A stretch of DNA of 64,000 nucleotides from Epithemia pelagica (Eukaryota > Protista > Bacillariophyta): assembly GCA_946965045.2 (NCBI GenBank), contig OX337239.1, positions 806,001 through 870,000 on the forward strand, given 5' to 3'. The notes under the pieces are model-generated. The model saw only the letters and a list, made by a program, of their open reading frames with translations, searched no databases and had not been told where the DNA came from. Made by a program: the position numbers and the translations under genes. The first letter of the stretch is position 1, and each line of letters begins with the position of its first letter. Shown piece after piece: positions 21,575 to 32,245 of this stretch.

Positions 21575-23152
21575 TCACATCAGTTCTGAAAACCTGACAA
21601 GAGCCTCCACCGATGCCTTGGCATCAGTGTATCTCTCCACCATCGACATTGTGGGAAGGATTCCTCTTCCTCTCAAGTGTTTTCTCCATCGATTATTTGC
21701 CTCAAGTACGTCCGTTGGAATTGCCCTGTTTTGAGCCTTTGTTGTTGCTCCTCTTCGCAATGATCGCCTCACACTATATGCCTCCTCCACCTTTGTCGTG
21801 TCTGGAATGAGTTGCGGATATCGATGCTGCACGCGCTTCCACAAATCGTGGAATAAGACGTCTAAGTCACCCACAGAAGCGCGAGATACCTTCCCATTTC
21901 CTTTTGTTACTCGGAACAGCGGCCCAGAAGTCACCCCATTGGCATTCCAACATCGAATGGCCCGTTCCAACCACAGCCGAACTTCAATGCCCGAACTTGT
22001 TGTGTCCGCCAATGGGTGGATGTAAATTCTGAAGGTTCCGTTGGTTTGCTTGAAGCGACCGGCCAGAGCCAAAGGAACACGTTTCTTTCGGGGGTATTCG
22101 ATGCCCTCGACCCAATATTTCCGCATCAATCCGATGTCAATTTGAGGGATTTCTTCACCTCTCAGAGCCGCCACAAAACCAGCCACAACCAATGCACCTG
22201 TTAACGCTACCTCACGCTTCCTTGCACCCTGCAATCCTCCTTGCCACTCCTCCTCCAACACAGCCAAACCAGCCTTGACCTCGTCCAATGTGGTGGCTTG
22301 ATCTGGTATCCAGACATCTCCCATCTGCCGATGACAACCTGTCATAAATCGCTTATACCAATGGGAATTCGTCGGACTTCCACTAAAAAACAATCCACCT
22401 CGATCACCGTGTCCGACCGTTGCCAAACCAGTTCCACCCAGCAGCGCATGATAGAAATTTGACACCGCTGATCTTACTTTTTGTGCTGTTTCAAATTGGA
22501 TGTGTCTTGAGTTCCTTCCTTGGTTCATTGTCTTCATCAACATGAGGCAAGCCACCTTGAGTCCTTGATCGTCGGCCACTGGACATGGTCCTCGCTGTGG
22601 TAAAGGTTGGTCCAAACCCATGGCTTCACCCGCTTCTATCAGACCTCTCACCTCTCTCCAATTCTTCTCCACCGTAGTACGCTCTCGAGACCAAAAGGAA
22701 TCCAAGATCGCTCTCTGAATGCACAACAACAACAACTTGTCTGCTTCCTTGTGTGCGTTTGCAAACCTTCCTTGCAGATTATAGAAGCTGCAATCGTCGC
22801 ATTGAAACACACACATCAAATCATCACCAACCCATGCTTCTTTGAAGCGCTGTTCATCATCGGCCAATTCACCATGGAGCTCTGTATCTAACAAAGCGTC
22901 GTCCAAGTCTCCTGCTTCATAGACAGGAAATTTGTCCTCTGTCAGCTGCTTGTAGCATCTTGCATGCCAAATTCCGTCACAGACTCTGCTAGTCCCCCTG
23001 GTACACCCAAAGTTTGCGCAAGCAATCCCTGACAGCGGCAGGACCGGTCGGCCACAAGCCTTGCAATTCCCCGTCCACCTGCTCCAGTAAACTCTTGTTC
23101 CGCTTAACTTGCCAGGGACATCTGTAAAGAAAAGGACAGACAAAAGCAACAA
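21575..23152 (-). CDS. Tyrosine recombinase with N-terminal Cys/His-rich (Zn-finger-like) region
   Basis: Catalytic-type motifs ALRGEE (R), RSLRRG (xxR), NRW (W) and ERY (Y). The ORF overlaps the pol end and has no ATG until ~codon 113. Confidence 0.85.
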   Translation of the reverse strand: MLLLSVLFFTDVPGKLSGTRVYWSRWTGNCKACGRPVLPLSGIACANFGCTRGTSRVCDGIWHARCYKQLTEDKFPVYEAGDLDDALLDTELHGELADDEQRFKEAWVGDDLMCVFQCDDCSFYNLQGRFANAHKEADKLLLLCIQRAILDSFWSRERTTVEKNWREVRGLIEAGEAMGLDQPLPQRGPCPVADDQGLKVACLMLMKTMNQGRNSRHIQFETAQKVRSAVSNFYHALLGGTGLATVGHGDRGGLFFSGSPTNSHWYKRFMTGCHRQMGDVWIPDQATTLDEVKAGLAVLEEEWQGGLQGARKREVALTGALVVAGFVAALRGEEIPQIDIGLMRKYWVEGIEYPRKKRVPLALAGRFKQTNGTFRIYIHPLADTTSSGIEVRLWLERAIRCWNANGVTSGPLFRVTKGNGKVSRASVGDLDVLFHDLWKRVQHRYPQLIPDTTKVEEAYSVRRSLRRGATTKAQNRAIPTDVLEANNRWRKHLRGRGILPTMSMVERYTDAKASVEALVRFSELM

Positions 23153-26100
23153 TCAAAGGTTCGTGTTGAGATTTTCTCCACAAGGAACTGCCCACTGGCA
23201 CGGTAAACACACAATCCGCAACTTTGCCGAGCTTTTTTCGCCAGCCCTTATGTATATGGCGTGCCTCGCACAACTGATCAACGGCCACATCGGCAATTGC
23301 AGGAGGTGGCATCCAGATAAAATTTTCGTCATCAAAGGCTCTATCGAACCAATCCTTGGTATCCAATACCTTCCAGGGCAGCGATGGAGCGCAACTCTTC
23401 AGCCACTCGGCCAATCCACTTTGCCTTTCCTCGGCAGTTTTGTTTAATGGCACATACATCAGCATGTCGCTTCCTGCCATGACTCCAGTCATCAGATCTC
23501 CGCGGGACAAACCATCAGTCCCTTGCTCAATCATCCTTGTCCCTGCGACCCATATCACCCGCACGAAGACTTGTCCCGTCATTTCTAATCGTTTCGTTCT
23601 CAGCACGAGTTCATACAAGAGCGGCGTCGATGAGGTGCCTCTGAAAAATGCAGACTCTGCTGTGGAGTTATCCGTAAACATGAAGATTTCTGAACCTTTC
23701 AGTATTGTGGCATCCTCCACCAAAGCTTCCAACCTGAGTACCAAATTGTACAATTCGCGATAGTTGGATGATCGCCCTCCATATGCCTTCGTCCACAGGC
23801 CATGTTCAGTCTCTACCGTCGTTGATCCGTACAGCCAAAGAGATGATCCAAAACCTTCACCAGACGCATCGCCGAAGATAATCGCTGCTTTCGCTCCTTT
23901 TGTTGGCCGAGCCAAGATCTGAGGTGGCGATTCATCCTTCGTCAATTCATCTAGAGCGGCAACATCGCTTGCAAATCGCGGAGCCGGATCCACTTCTTTT
24001 GGAGGCACTTCATTCGCTATCATCTCGCTAAGTTTTCTCTTCCGCCGATCCTTTTCCGGCAATCGCCATCCTTCAGCATCTCGGTCTGATCGCCATGTCT
24101 CCAATGTTAAATGGATACCTTTGAGGTACGGATCCATGGTGTCGAACGTTAGCGACACATAAACCAAAAAACCTCTCACCCGTTCTAACTCCTTGCGATT
24201 GATCTTTCCTCCTTCCTTCGCCCACTGCTTGAGGGTGTTGATGTGTCCCTTTGTCTTTTTCCATCTTTCTTCCGATACCGTCTTGAACACATTTCCATTT
24301 TCATCCGTTCCTATCACTGCTCCAGCCCATGCGCCCGGTTTTCTGCTTGGGGGTCTGCGCTTTCTTGCAGCATCCTGCAATCCAAAGAAGGCCGCTCCTT
24401 TGGCCATTTTACTCGCTGCATTCCAAGCTTCTTCCTCCGTTGGCGCCGTTTCTCGTAGATCATCCACATAAGGATGCACATCAGCTGTGATGACTCCGTC
24501 AGCACGGATCTTGCTTATCCATGGTACGCTTGGATCATAGTCCGCGTCCCCTGGTAAGTTCAATCTGACGTCCACCCACCCGAAGATGTTTTTCGGATCT
24601 GACCTGTCCCCAAATACAATTCTTTTGACACGTTGTGCATTCTGTGTCGCCTGATATGGAGACGTAGTCAAACCCATGGCGCATCTCGTCCATGCTTCCC
24701 ATAATCGAGTTCTTCCAAATCGTTTCTTCAACTCCTCTGGGAAAAGGTCAGTGATGTCGATGCCCGTGTATGCCCTTAAGTCCGGATGCAACCAGAAATT
24801 AAGGAACATCTCACCGAAATCATTGTCTGCTGACCATGTTCTTGATTCTACAGTGCGCAACATAGAAGTGACATTGCCCAACCCGAACCAAGGTGCAAAT
24901 AGAGAGGCATTCAACCCGCTTTTGGTACCATCATATACCATGCGAATATCGTCCTCTCCCTTGGGCACTGAAAAGAAACTTATCAAAGACTTGATGCCGT
25001 TTGTGGGAGCAATATAACCTCGCGTTCTCACTTTCGTCAGTTTTTTCTTCTCAAATGCCCTCTGTTTTTCATCAGGATTCGCTTGTTGCCTGCGCCGGTA
25101 TGAAGGGGGTTCTCCTACCCACATTGGAGCGATCCCATCCCTCATTTCCCGCATCCACTGAGCATCCGGCATCCGCCAGAAAAACGGCGAGGAACCCTTG
25201 TCCCAGTCCCACCATGATGCCTGGGAGGCATGGGCCAACGCACTCAGACCAGCTTGAAGCGTTCGGTCTCGCAACGATACATCTCCATTATTGTGATCAA
25301 ATCGTTGAGACCGCCACCACTCCCAAAAGTCCGAACAGACTAACCGCTTCCAGTATCTCAATGCGGCCTTCCGAATAACATTGAGGGCCTTGACACACTT
25401 TGCTTGTTGGGCTATGTCCTGAATCCCTAGTTTGTCACAGATGCGATCATCCCACAGGTAAGTGGGGACTTCTGCATCGTCTGACTTTGTCGCTTTAAGA
25501 TTTTTGTCCTCACGTCGTTCCTCGATATTCAATGAGCTAACTCCTTCGTCACTTTCAAGAGCTGAGTACAAAGCCTCAACTTCTGTCATTCGTGCCTCAT
25601 CAGAATTCGCCGCTGAATTTCGGTCCCTTTGCCGAGAATCCAAATCACGAACCAACTCTTTCTCCTCCTGTTCCTGTGTTCCACTCATCCATTCTCGCAA
25701 CGAGAGAGCAACCTGGACGCGACATTTGAATGGAACCACCAGTCCTTCTATCCAACAATTCAACTCACCCGTGAACCCCTCTTATGAAGCTCAGCCGGGA
25801 AATCCAACGCGATTGCCAACTCTTGGGGAGCGAGGCGACGCTCCACATGACACGATGTGGTGAAGACACTGGGGAGCACATGAGTTCGGTGTCGATCCTT
25901 CTTCCAGTTCATCTTTCTATGGACCAGTCCGACGCCATCCTGCGTTGGATCATATGCCGCTGGTGCCGGGCAGTCGCGCCCATTAATCGTTGGATCGATG
26001 ACACCGCTCATCGTCGTATTCTCCAATCCTGGTTCCATGAAATTCCTCCAACAATCAACAAAACGGTTCGTTCTTTCTTCCACCACTCGCTCGGCCACAT

Positions 26101-26746
26101 GAATCAGCGACTCTTGTGTCGTGACTCCACCCAATTCGTCATGGCTCAGTAGCATCGTCGTTGTCGTCCACCGTGGGTCTTGACGATGTGGTCCTGCACC
26201 CTACCGACCTCCAATCCAACACACCACTTGAACCGTTGGCATTTTCCAAACTGGATGGCCAGGTGTGGGAGTCCACCCTCCATCGAACAACACAACGTCA
26301 ACTTCTGGTCGATCCTGCCAGGATTGTGGTTGCCGAACTGTGATTCTCATCTTCTTTGTTCCCTTGTTTTTCGACAAGCGATTCTCTCGACTGATTGCTA
26401 ACTTCGCCCAACTGGAGGCTCCAGTTTCCCCATTGTCTACCTTCTCTTCCGGTGTATCAATCCATAATACCTCACCCAGCGATGACACCGCCCAAAACCA
26501 AAAGGGAGTCCCACCGCTCGCCAACCCAATCTTACAATCACCTTTACCTACTTTCAACCGAGTGATCTTTCGCTCAGCCATTCCAACAGGCGACGTGGAA
26601 TTCGACGAATCTTTTACGTAACAATTAAACTTTGTCGAGTGGTTATCACAGCACTCGCCTTCGCCCTTTTCCTTTTCAATCGCTTGTTTCTCCAAATCTT
26701 CCAACACCTTCCGTTTCCGATTTCCTCCCTCCATCACAATATTCAT
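22989..26746 (-). pseudogene. Pol-like ORF2 of the YR element (N-terminal extension, RT, RNase H, DIRS-type C-terminal domain); in-frame TAG at 26201-26203 and frameshift at ~25765-25790
   Basis: RT motifs FSVPK..IRMVYDG, DFGEMFLNF, AMGLTTSP and YVDD. RNase H motifs FGDASG, SSNYREL and FTDNSTAE. ORFs 26201-26746 and 25760-26155 share a frame and the RT ORF shifts frame near 25770. Confidence 0.85.
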
Positions 26747-26749
26747 GGA

Positions 26750-28889
26750 TCACGCTTTCTTGATCGATCCTTTGTTGTTTGCAGCCACTACTGAATTCAA
26801 CGTACGTTGCAGTTTATCCATGCGATCCTCCAAACCTGTCTTGAGAGAAGAGAACTTGGATCGCGGCGTAGCAAAGCGAATCAAGTGTTCATGAAGGATC
26901 AACGCGATCTTGGGGTGCCCACTGAAATCCGATTGACGGTACTCCTTCATAACTTCATGGGCGCGGAGTGTTCCCCAAAGCATACCAGCTGGAGTATTGG
27001 TTGCACGTCCTGGCGCTCGAGCCTCCCTCAAACTTCGGAAAATCGCACGCACGCAGTGGGAAATGAGGATCCACACCTCTTGGGAACTTGCTTCACTCTC
27101 TGCCTGGACTTGCTGATGGTATCGCACAATCCAATGACAGAGATCATCCCAAAAGGTCTTGCTCTGAAGCAACAACTCGAGGGCAACACTCGCCGGTTCC
27201 GTTCCAAACGCGAACAAATCACTAATGGCTTGTTCCAACGTGCGCCTTCCGTCCTTGACGTGATCCAAAATACGCTGGTGTATGCCTTCTCGTCCGGAGG
27301 GTGGATGGAAGTCCTCAAATTTTGGAGCGCCACCCAGAGCTCTGGAATTGGTTGTTTGAGATTGGTCTGCGCCCTTTCCCAACAACGGAGGAACTTCGAG
27401 ATTAAACGAAGCGATGTACGCTGTATGGTACGGCGTTTTATCTCTCACTTTGGCCGTGGTGGCTCGAAGGTTGGCTGCGCGCTCCTCGTCCAAACTCACG
27501 TCCGAGGTTGCCAAAGACAGCAATGAAACCGCAACCACAAAGACATGCGGATCCGCATTGACATCGTGACGTGCCATCCATGACACACAGAAACCTCGTG
27601 TCGTAAAAACGATGGATCCAACAACAATCGCGTCCGTCTCTGCTTGGTCGTGCAGATCCTTCACTTCCGCCCGTAACTCCTTCAGTTCCTCCTTCATCCG
27701 AGAAAACTCCTCCCTCATCCCAGAAGTGTCTTCTTTTGCCACCGCCTGCACACCCGTACCCACGAAATTCACAGACGGAGAATTCAATCCACCGACCGTC
27801 GAAGGAGAGGTGGCCCATCCAAAAGATCCATGAATTCTGGGACGCTCCTTGCTGCTTGCTCCGCTCCAGAGTTTCCATTCGAGCAACCAAATCCGCAATC
27901 AACGACGCCCACTTGCCTCCTGGATCACCAGTATGAATAGAAGAGCGCGAAAGCAAAGACAAGGTCGGGTTGACAAACTGTTGTCTAAACTCACTCTTGT
28001 CGCCAAAGAACTTGTTCAAACCTTCCTGCACAAGAGACTTTGCTGAGGCCGTTGTCTGGTCCATCTTGCGATCCATTGCCTCCAATCGATTCAACACTTC
28101 TGGACCCATGGGTTTCTCTAAACGCTTGCTTACAACTCCTTGCAAGGATCGGACGGTTGACATGCAATGGGCCAGTATTTCAAAAGCAGACTGAGTACCA
28201 AACTCTGCCGACCTTTCACCCAACAAGGCATGAATGACCGACAGCTTCACGTGGAGTCTTTCGATTTCATCATCTAGAGACGCCCCCATCAAATCCCTTT
28301 CTTTTCCTTCCTTTTCATGTTCCGACCTCAACGTATTCACATTTGCCACCAAGTTTCCCCAAGCGCCTCCTTGTAGAACCTTGACACTTGGTGTGGCCTG
28401 TTGATTCCCAATGTCCTCAGGGACATCCTTCCATGGAGCCACGGACCGACGCTTCTGCGGGGTTTCCATGGCCGAAGGTTTGACATCTAGATCATCTTCA
28501 TCCACATCTGAAACCGTCTCTACCAAATCTTCGTGGCCACGCTTTGACGCCCTCTTAGGGTTAGGCGTCATCGCAACAAACCTCACCTTGGCCTTAGTAT
28601 TTTCCATTACCTTAGCAACTGTAGTGAGATCGACCTCGTCGCCTGCCTCGGACGCTGCATGCTTGAGGGATGCAAAAGTTGCCTGCCAGCTCTCGAGCGA
28701 CCGCGGGCTGAGCTCCATTTCGTTCCAATCAATGGATCGCACACAATTGCCCGGAAGAACCGGTTGACAAAAGATTGTTTCCACAGCTTCGGAACTTGAA
28801 GATCCACTGACGCCGCGAATAAAGATTCCCGAGGGGTCATCCCCCACGAGCTTGCTCCAAACTTGTTTCTTAGAGGAATGCGAAGCCAC
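26750..28889 (-). pseudogene. ORF1 (gag-like, coiled-coil) of the YR element, frameshifted at ~27840-27870
   Basis: Two overlapping ORFs (27438-28889, 26750-27898) in the first-ORF position. Coiled-coil segments and a C-terminal LWGTLRAHEVM..F..HP block. Confidence 0.65.
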
Positions 28890-29163
28890 CGAACAACCAA
28901 CCCGAACACAGACCCGCTGCCCTGCCCCAATTATGCCCCGACACGACGCTTCAAACGTATCTTGTTCGAGACGAACAACACCGAAGAGAGAACCCGAACG
29001 AAGGGTCCCCCTCCCCCGGTCACAAGAACAGCAGACTCACCTGACGACCCCACAGAAGGCGAAGAATCCGGAGTACTTCCCCACTCAAACTCAAACATCG
29101 CGAAAAAATGACAAGGATGAGGTGGATGGCACGGTCGAACAGGGAGAACAAAACAAAACCGAA

Positions 29164-29379
29164 GCGAAAGAAGTATGTAAAGAACCGAACGGGTGATCAA
29201 ATCCAACGATGTGCTTCACAAAACTTCTTTCCAACAATTTATGATTGTTGAAACTTTGTTGGGCCAGTCATCCAAATGCCTGTCCCAACAACAACTCATT
29301 CTTCCAAGAACTCTTTGGGCGTGATTGATTGGTCATCGTTCGTCCGTCGATCCCTTCTTGACCGGAGCGGTACGATGCG
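29164..29379. repeat. Split direct repeat A1 (216 bp), 5' terminus of the YR element
   Basis: Identical to 19741-19956. Confidence 0.92.
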
Positions 29380-29910
29380 AGCGTCAGCGGGATCCCCCCG
29401 CGACCGCGATAGCATAAGTAAATACGCACGCTGGCCTACAAAAATTTCGAGACTTTTTAGTGGACCACACTATTCAGTATAGGATAAACAGTACTCTTTT
29501 CATCAACATGAACGCGAGCGAGGACGGTCGGTGCTTAGCGGCCCATCCAGATGAAGCCGGGAATTGGGAGACACAAAACGACTTGAGCATCCTGAAGCAA
29601 GCAAAAAAGGGATCATATCAAATCAAAAGTACTTCAAGCTGCGTTTCTCTGACACATTCCGAATAGTGCAGATACTGAAGCAAGCCAACTTGAGCACCCT
29701 ACACAAAATCGCTTCTTGATATGCCGAGAGATTCAAAACATGTTCCAGCCCCTTCGCCTCGCAATGTTGGTTTCAATGGAACCCTTGCTTCTTGCTTCCT
29801 AATCTACTCACAAAAACACTCTCCTCCAAACTGGGTTTCTCGAACAACAACAACAACAACGTCTCAACTCCGTTCGCACTCACATCATCATCATCACCAA
29901 CAACAGCAAA

Positions 29911-30600
29911 ATGAAGACGATTTCCTTCAAATACCTCAACTTGGGACACATTGGTGGTCGTGGTGGCACACTTCGATTCTTTTTGCTTGCCAATGGGATT
30001 CCCTACCAAGAAACCTTGTTCCAGTACAATCCATCCGATTGGGGTGTTGAAAAGAAACGATTGATTGAATCGGGTGAGAATCCATGTGGTACGGTGCCAG
30101 TCGTTACCATGAAACACGACGACGACAACGACGACGACGACGACCACCACCATTTGAGTCAACACATTGCCACGGCACGTTATATTGCCCGCAACTACGA
30201 GTTGAATTCGGGCAATGCCTGGAAGGATAATGTACAAGATTTGGTGGCGGATGAATATCAAGGCTTTCGCAACATTTGGGTTGAAAAGTCATTCGGTGCG
30301 ACAGATGAAGAAAAGGCCGAGTATCGGGCAACGACGGTTCCAGAAACCTTGTCCAAGTTTGAAGCCTTGTACCAAAAATACAAGACCATGGAGGATGGGG
30401 CCTATTTGAGTACAAGTCCATCAGGATCTCCCTTGTGGGGTGATATCAGTCTCTTGTACGATCACATTCAATTGGGACATTTAACCGAGGATACGCTTCC
30501 ATCTACTTATCCTCACTTGGCGGCATTGTACAAGGCCTACGGCACTATTCCAGCTGTCTCGGAATGGATTGAGCTCAAACAGTCAAACAACCAAAACTGA
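29911..30600 (+). CDS. GST: Glutathione S-transferase (sigma/alpha-like)
   Basis: GRGGTLRFFL, NPCGTVPV (cis-Pro), LSQHIATARYIAR (SQ motif) and a C-terminal WGD capping box. Confidence 0.85.
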   Translation: MKTISFKYLNLGHIGGRGGTLRFFLLANGIPYQETLFQYNPSDWGVEKKRLIESGENPCGTVPVVTMKHDDDNDDDDDHHHLSQHIATARYIARNYELNSGNAWKDNVQDLVADEYQGFRNIWVEKSFGATDEEKAEYRATTVPETLSKFEALYQKYKTMEDGAYLSTSPSGSPLWGDISLLYDHIQLGHLTEDTLPSTYPHLAALYKAYGTIPAVSEWIELKQSNNQN

Positions 30601-31806
30601 TCATCTAGTAGAACTAGCAGTTATGCGCAAGCCTTGACACACTCTTGATATTGTTGATCTCTTTTCAGTACGTAACACTGTAACTTATTGTTGGAACATT
30701 CATACGGGTAAAGGTGCGATTGCGGGGACAACCCCCCGCACTCGCGTCAACTGACGACAGGAAGAAAATCATTTCCCACGGCGATCCAAACTCAATAACA
30801 CTCGTATTATGGATCAAGGCGCCCGAACCATTCTCGACATGCATTGTGGCGAGTGGAGCAATGCCCTTGGCCCGAGCTTGTTTAGGAACCAGCAATCCCT
30901 TGGAGATTTCTCGTCATCCATGCGAACACTATTGGTGCGAGAGTCATTCAAGAGCTTGGTCGTTGAGCGCGAGCTGCAACAGATTGGGCACGTTTTTGTC
31001 TTTCATTTTGAATGAGATTGCCGAATATCCGAATTGTTCTACCATGAATAGCCTCGTCAAAAATCATGGGTGGGAATCCTTGGTGTTCTGCTGGTTTCCT
31101 GGGGTGTCTAGATACGATGCCATGGCGTACTTGGCTCACATATTGGATGGCTCGAGTACAAAACAAATGGCCCATGGCAGAGTTGTTTTGCGGTCTTGCT
31201 CGTAACATGGCCTTCACCGAATCAGTGAAGCATGCACCAATGTCAACAAGTCCCTTGTTGATTGATGCCATACCTTGATGGGAATGGATTCGAAATTTTT
31301 GTAACGGTGAACCTGAGACGGCCCGTCGACCTCGGAACCCATGGAAATGCTTGGATGATTTGATGGCCGCAAATTAGGAACGAACGGGACGTGGCGTACT
31401 TCATCGTGAGAAGCGGAGGACAGGGTGACACTCTCTCCCAATTTGAGCGCCAGGCGTAGGGTGAATTGAATCCATTGTCGGCATCATGCTTCGGTAACGG
31501 GAACCATGAATTCTCATCATGAACAGAACCGTGGCTTGTTGCGGAGAATGCCTCATTCGTCACTTTTGGCTAGAGAGTACTACCAACAATCCACAATCCA
31601 ACATCTCAAAACTTGTGTGCGAGGGATCTCTCGGCATTGTGGAAAATCTGTCATTCGACATTGCCATTGCCGCGCGTGTAGGCATCCGCACGGGAAGGCG
31701 TGGGTGAACATTCAAGGATTCGGGGTACACGACGGGAAGCATTCCTTCAATTGCCCCCCTCTCACTATTGGTCCGCATCGACGCAAGTAACCTTACTCGT
31801 AGCCAC

Positions 31807-31943
31807 GTGGGAGTCATGACAAAAAATCAAGATTGATACGGATCCCGAAAACGACATGAAGCCTGAAATGGGATGGTGATAAAAGCAAAGCACAACAAAA
31901 GTGGGAGTCATGACAAAAAATCAAGAATGATACGGATCCCGAA
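31807..31943. repeat. 43-bp direct repeat, two copies (31807-31849, 31901-31943)
   Basis: GTGGGAGTCATGACAAAAAATCAAGA(T/A)TGATACGGATCCCGAA, 1 mismatch. Confidence 0.85.
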
Positions 31944-32245
31944 CTTGACAAGATTGAGAGTCGCCATCCAGTTGTTGCTGCTATCGATGTAAAAATAATC
32001 CTGGAGAAACATGATGCGACATGAAGATCTAGTTTGTATACAATAGAGTAGAATCACATGTGGGGTTTGGGGGAACAATTGGGAGAAACTAAGGGAGAAA
32101 CTACTGGACAGATTACCGCTATGGTACGATTTGTAGGATCTTCACTTTGATGACCAAGATGGATTTCATTTTTGTATGCAAACATATAGAAATGTTTTGA
32201 CTCGTTGTCAAGTTCATGCAGTTCTGAAGAAAAATGTCATTTCAT

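Larger units (their letters stand above)
19661..29379 (-). mobile_element. Tyrosine-recombinase retrotransposon, Ngaro-like, with split direct repeats A1-ORFs-B1-A2-B2
   Basis: Repeat A (216 bp) at 29164-29379 and 19741-19956. Repeat B (~66 bp) at 19661-19726 and 21012-21512, the latter interrupted by a MITE. Encodes a gag-like ORF1, RT/RNase H and YR. No integrase and no TSD. Confidence 0.88.

Noticed and set aside
26750-27900. Programmed frameshift in ORF1 of the YR element
   Set aside because: No clear slippery heptamer was seen, and the copy has other lesions, so decay is the simpler explanation.
30665-31820. Possible degraded gene on the minus strand
   Set aside because: There are several short ORFs with stops and no motif that can be assigned to a family.
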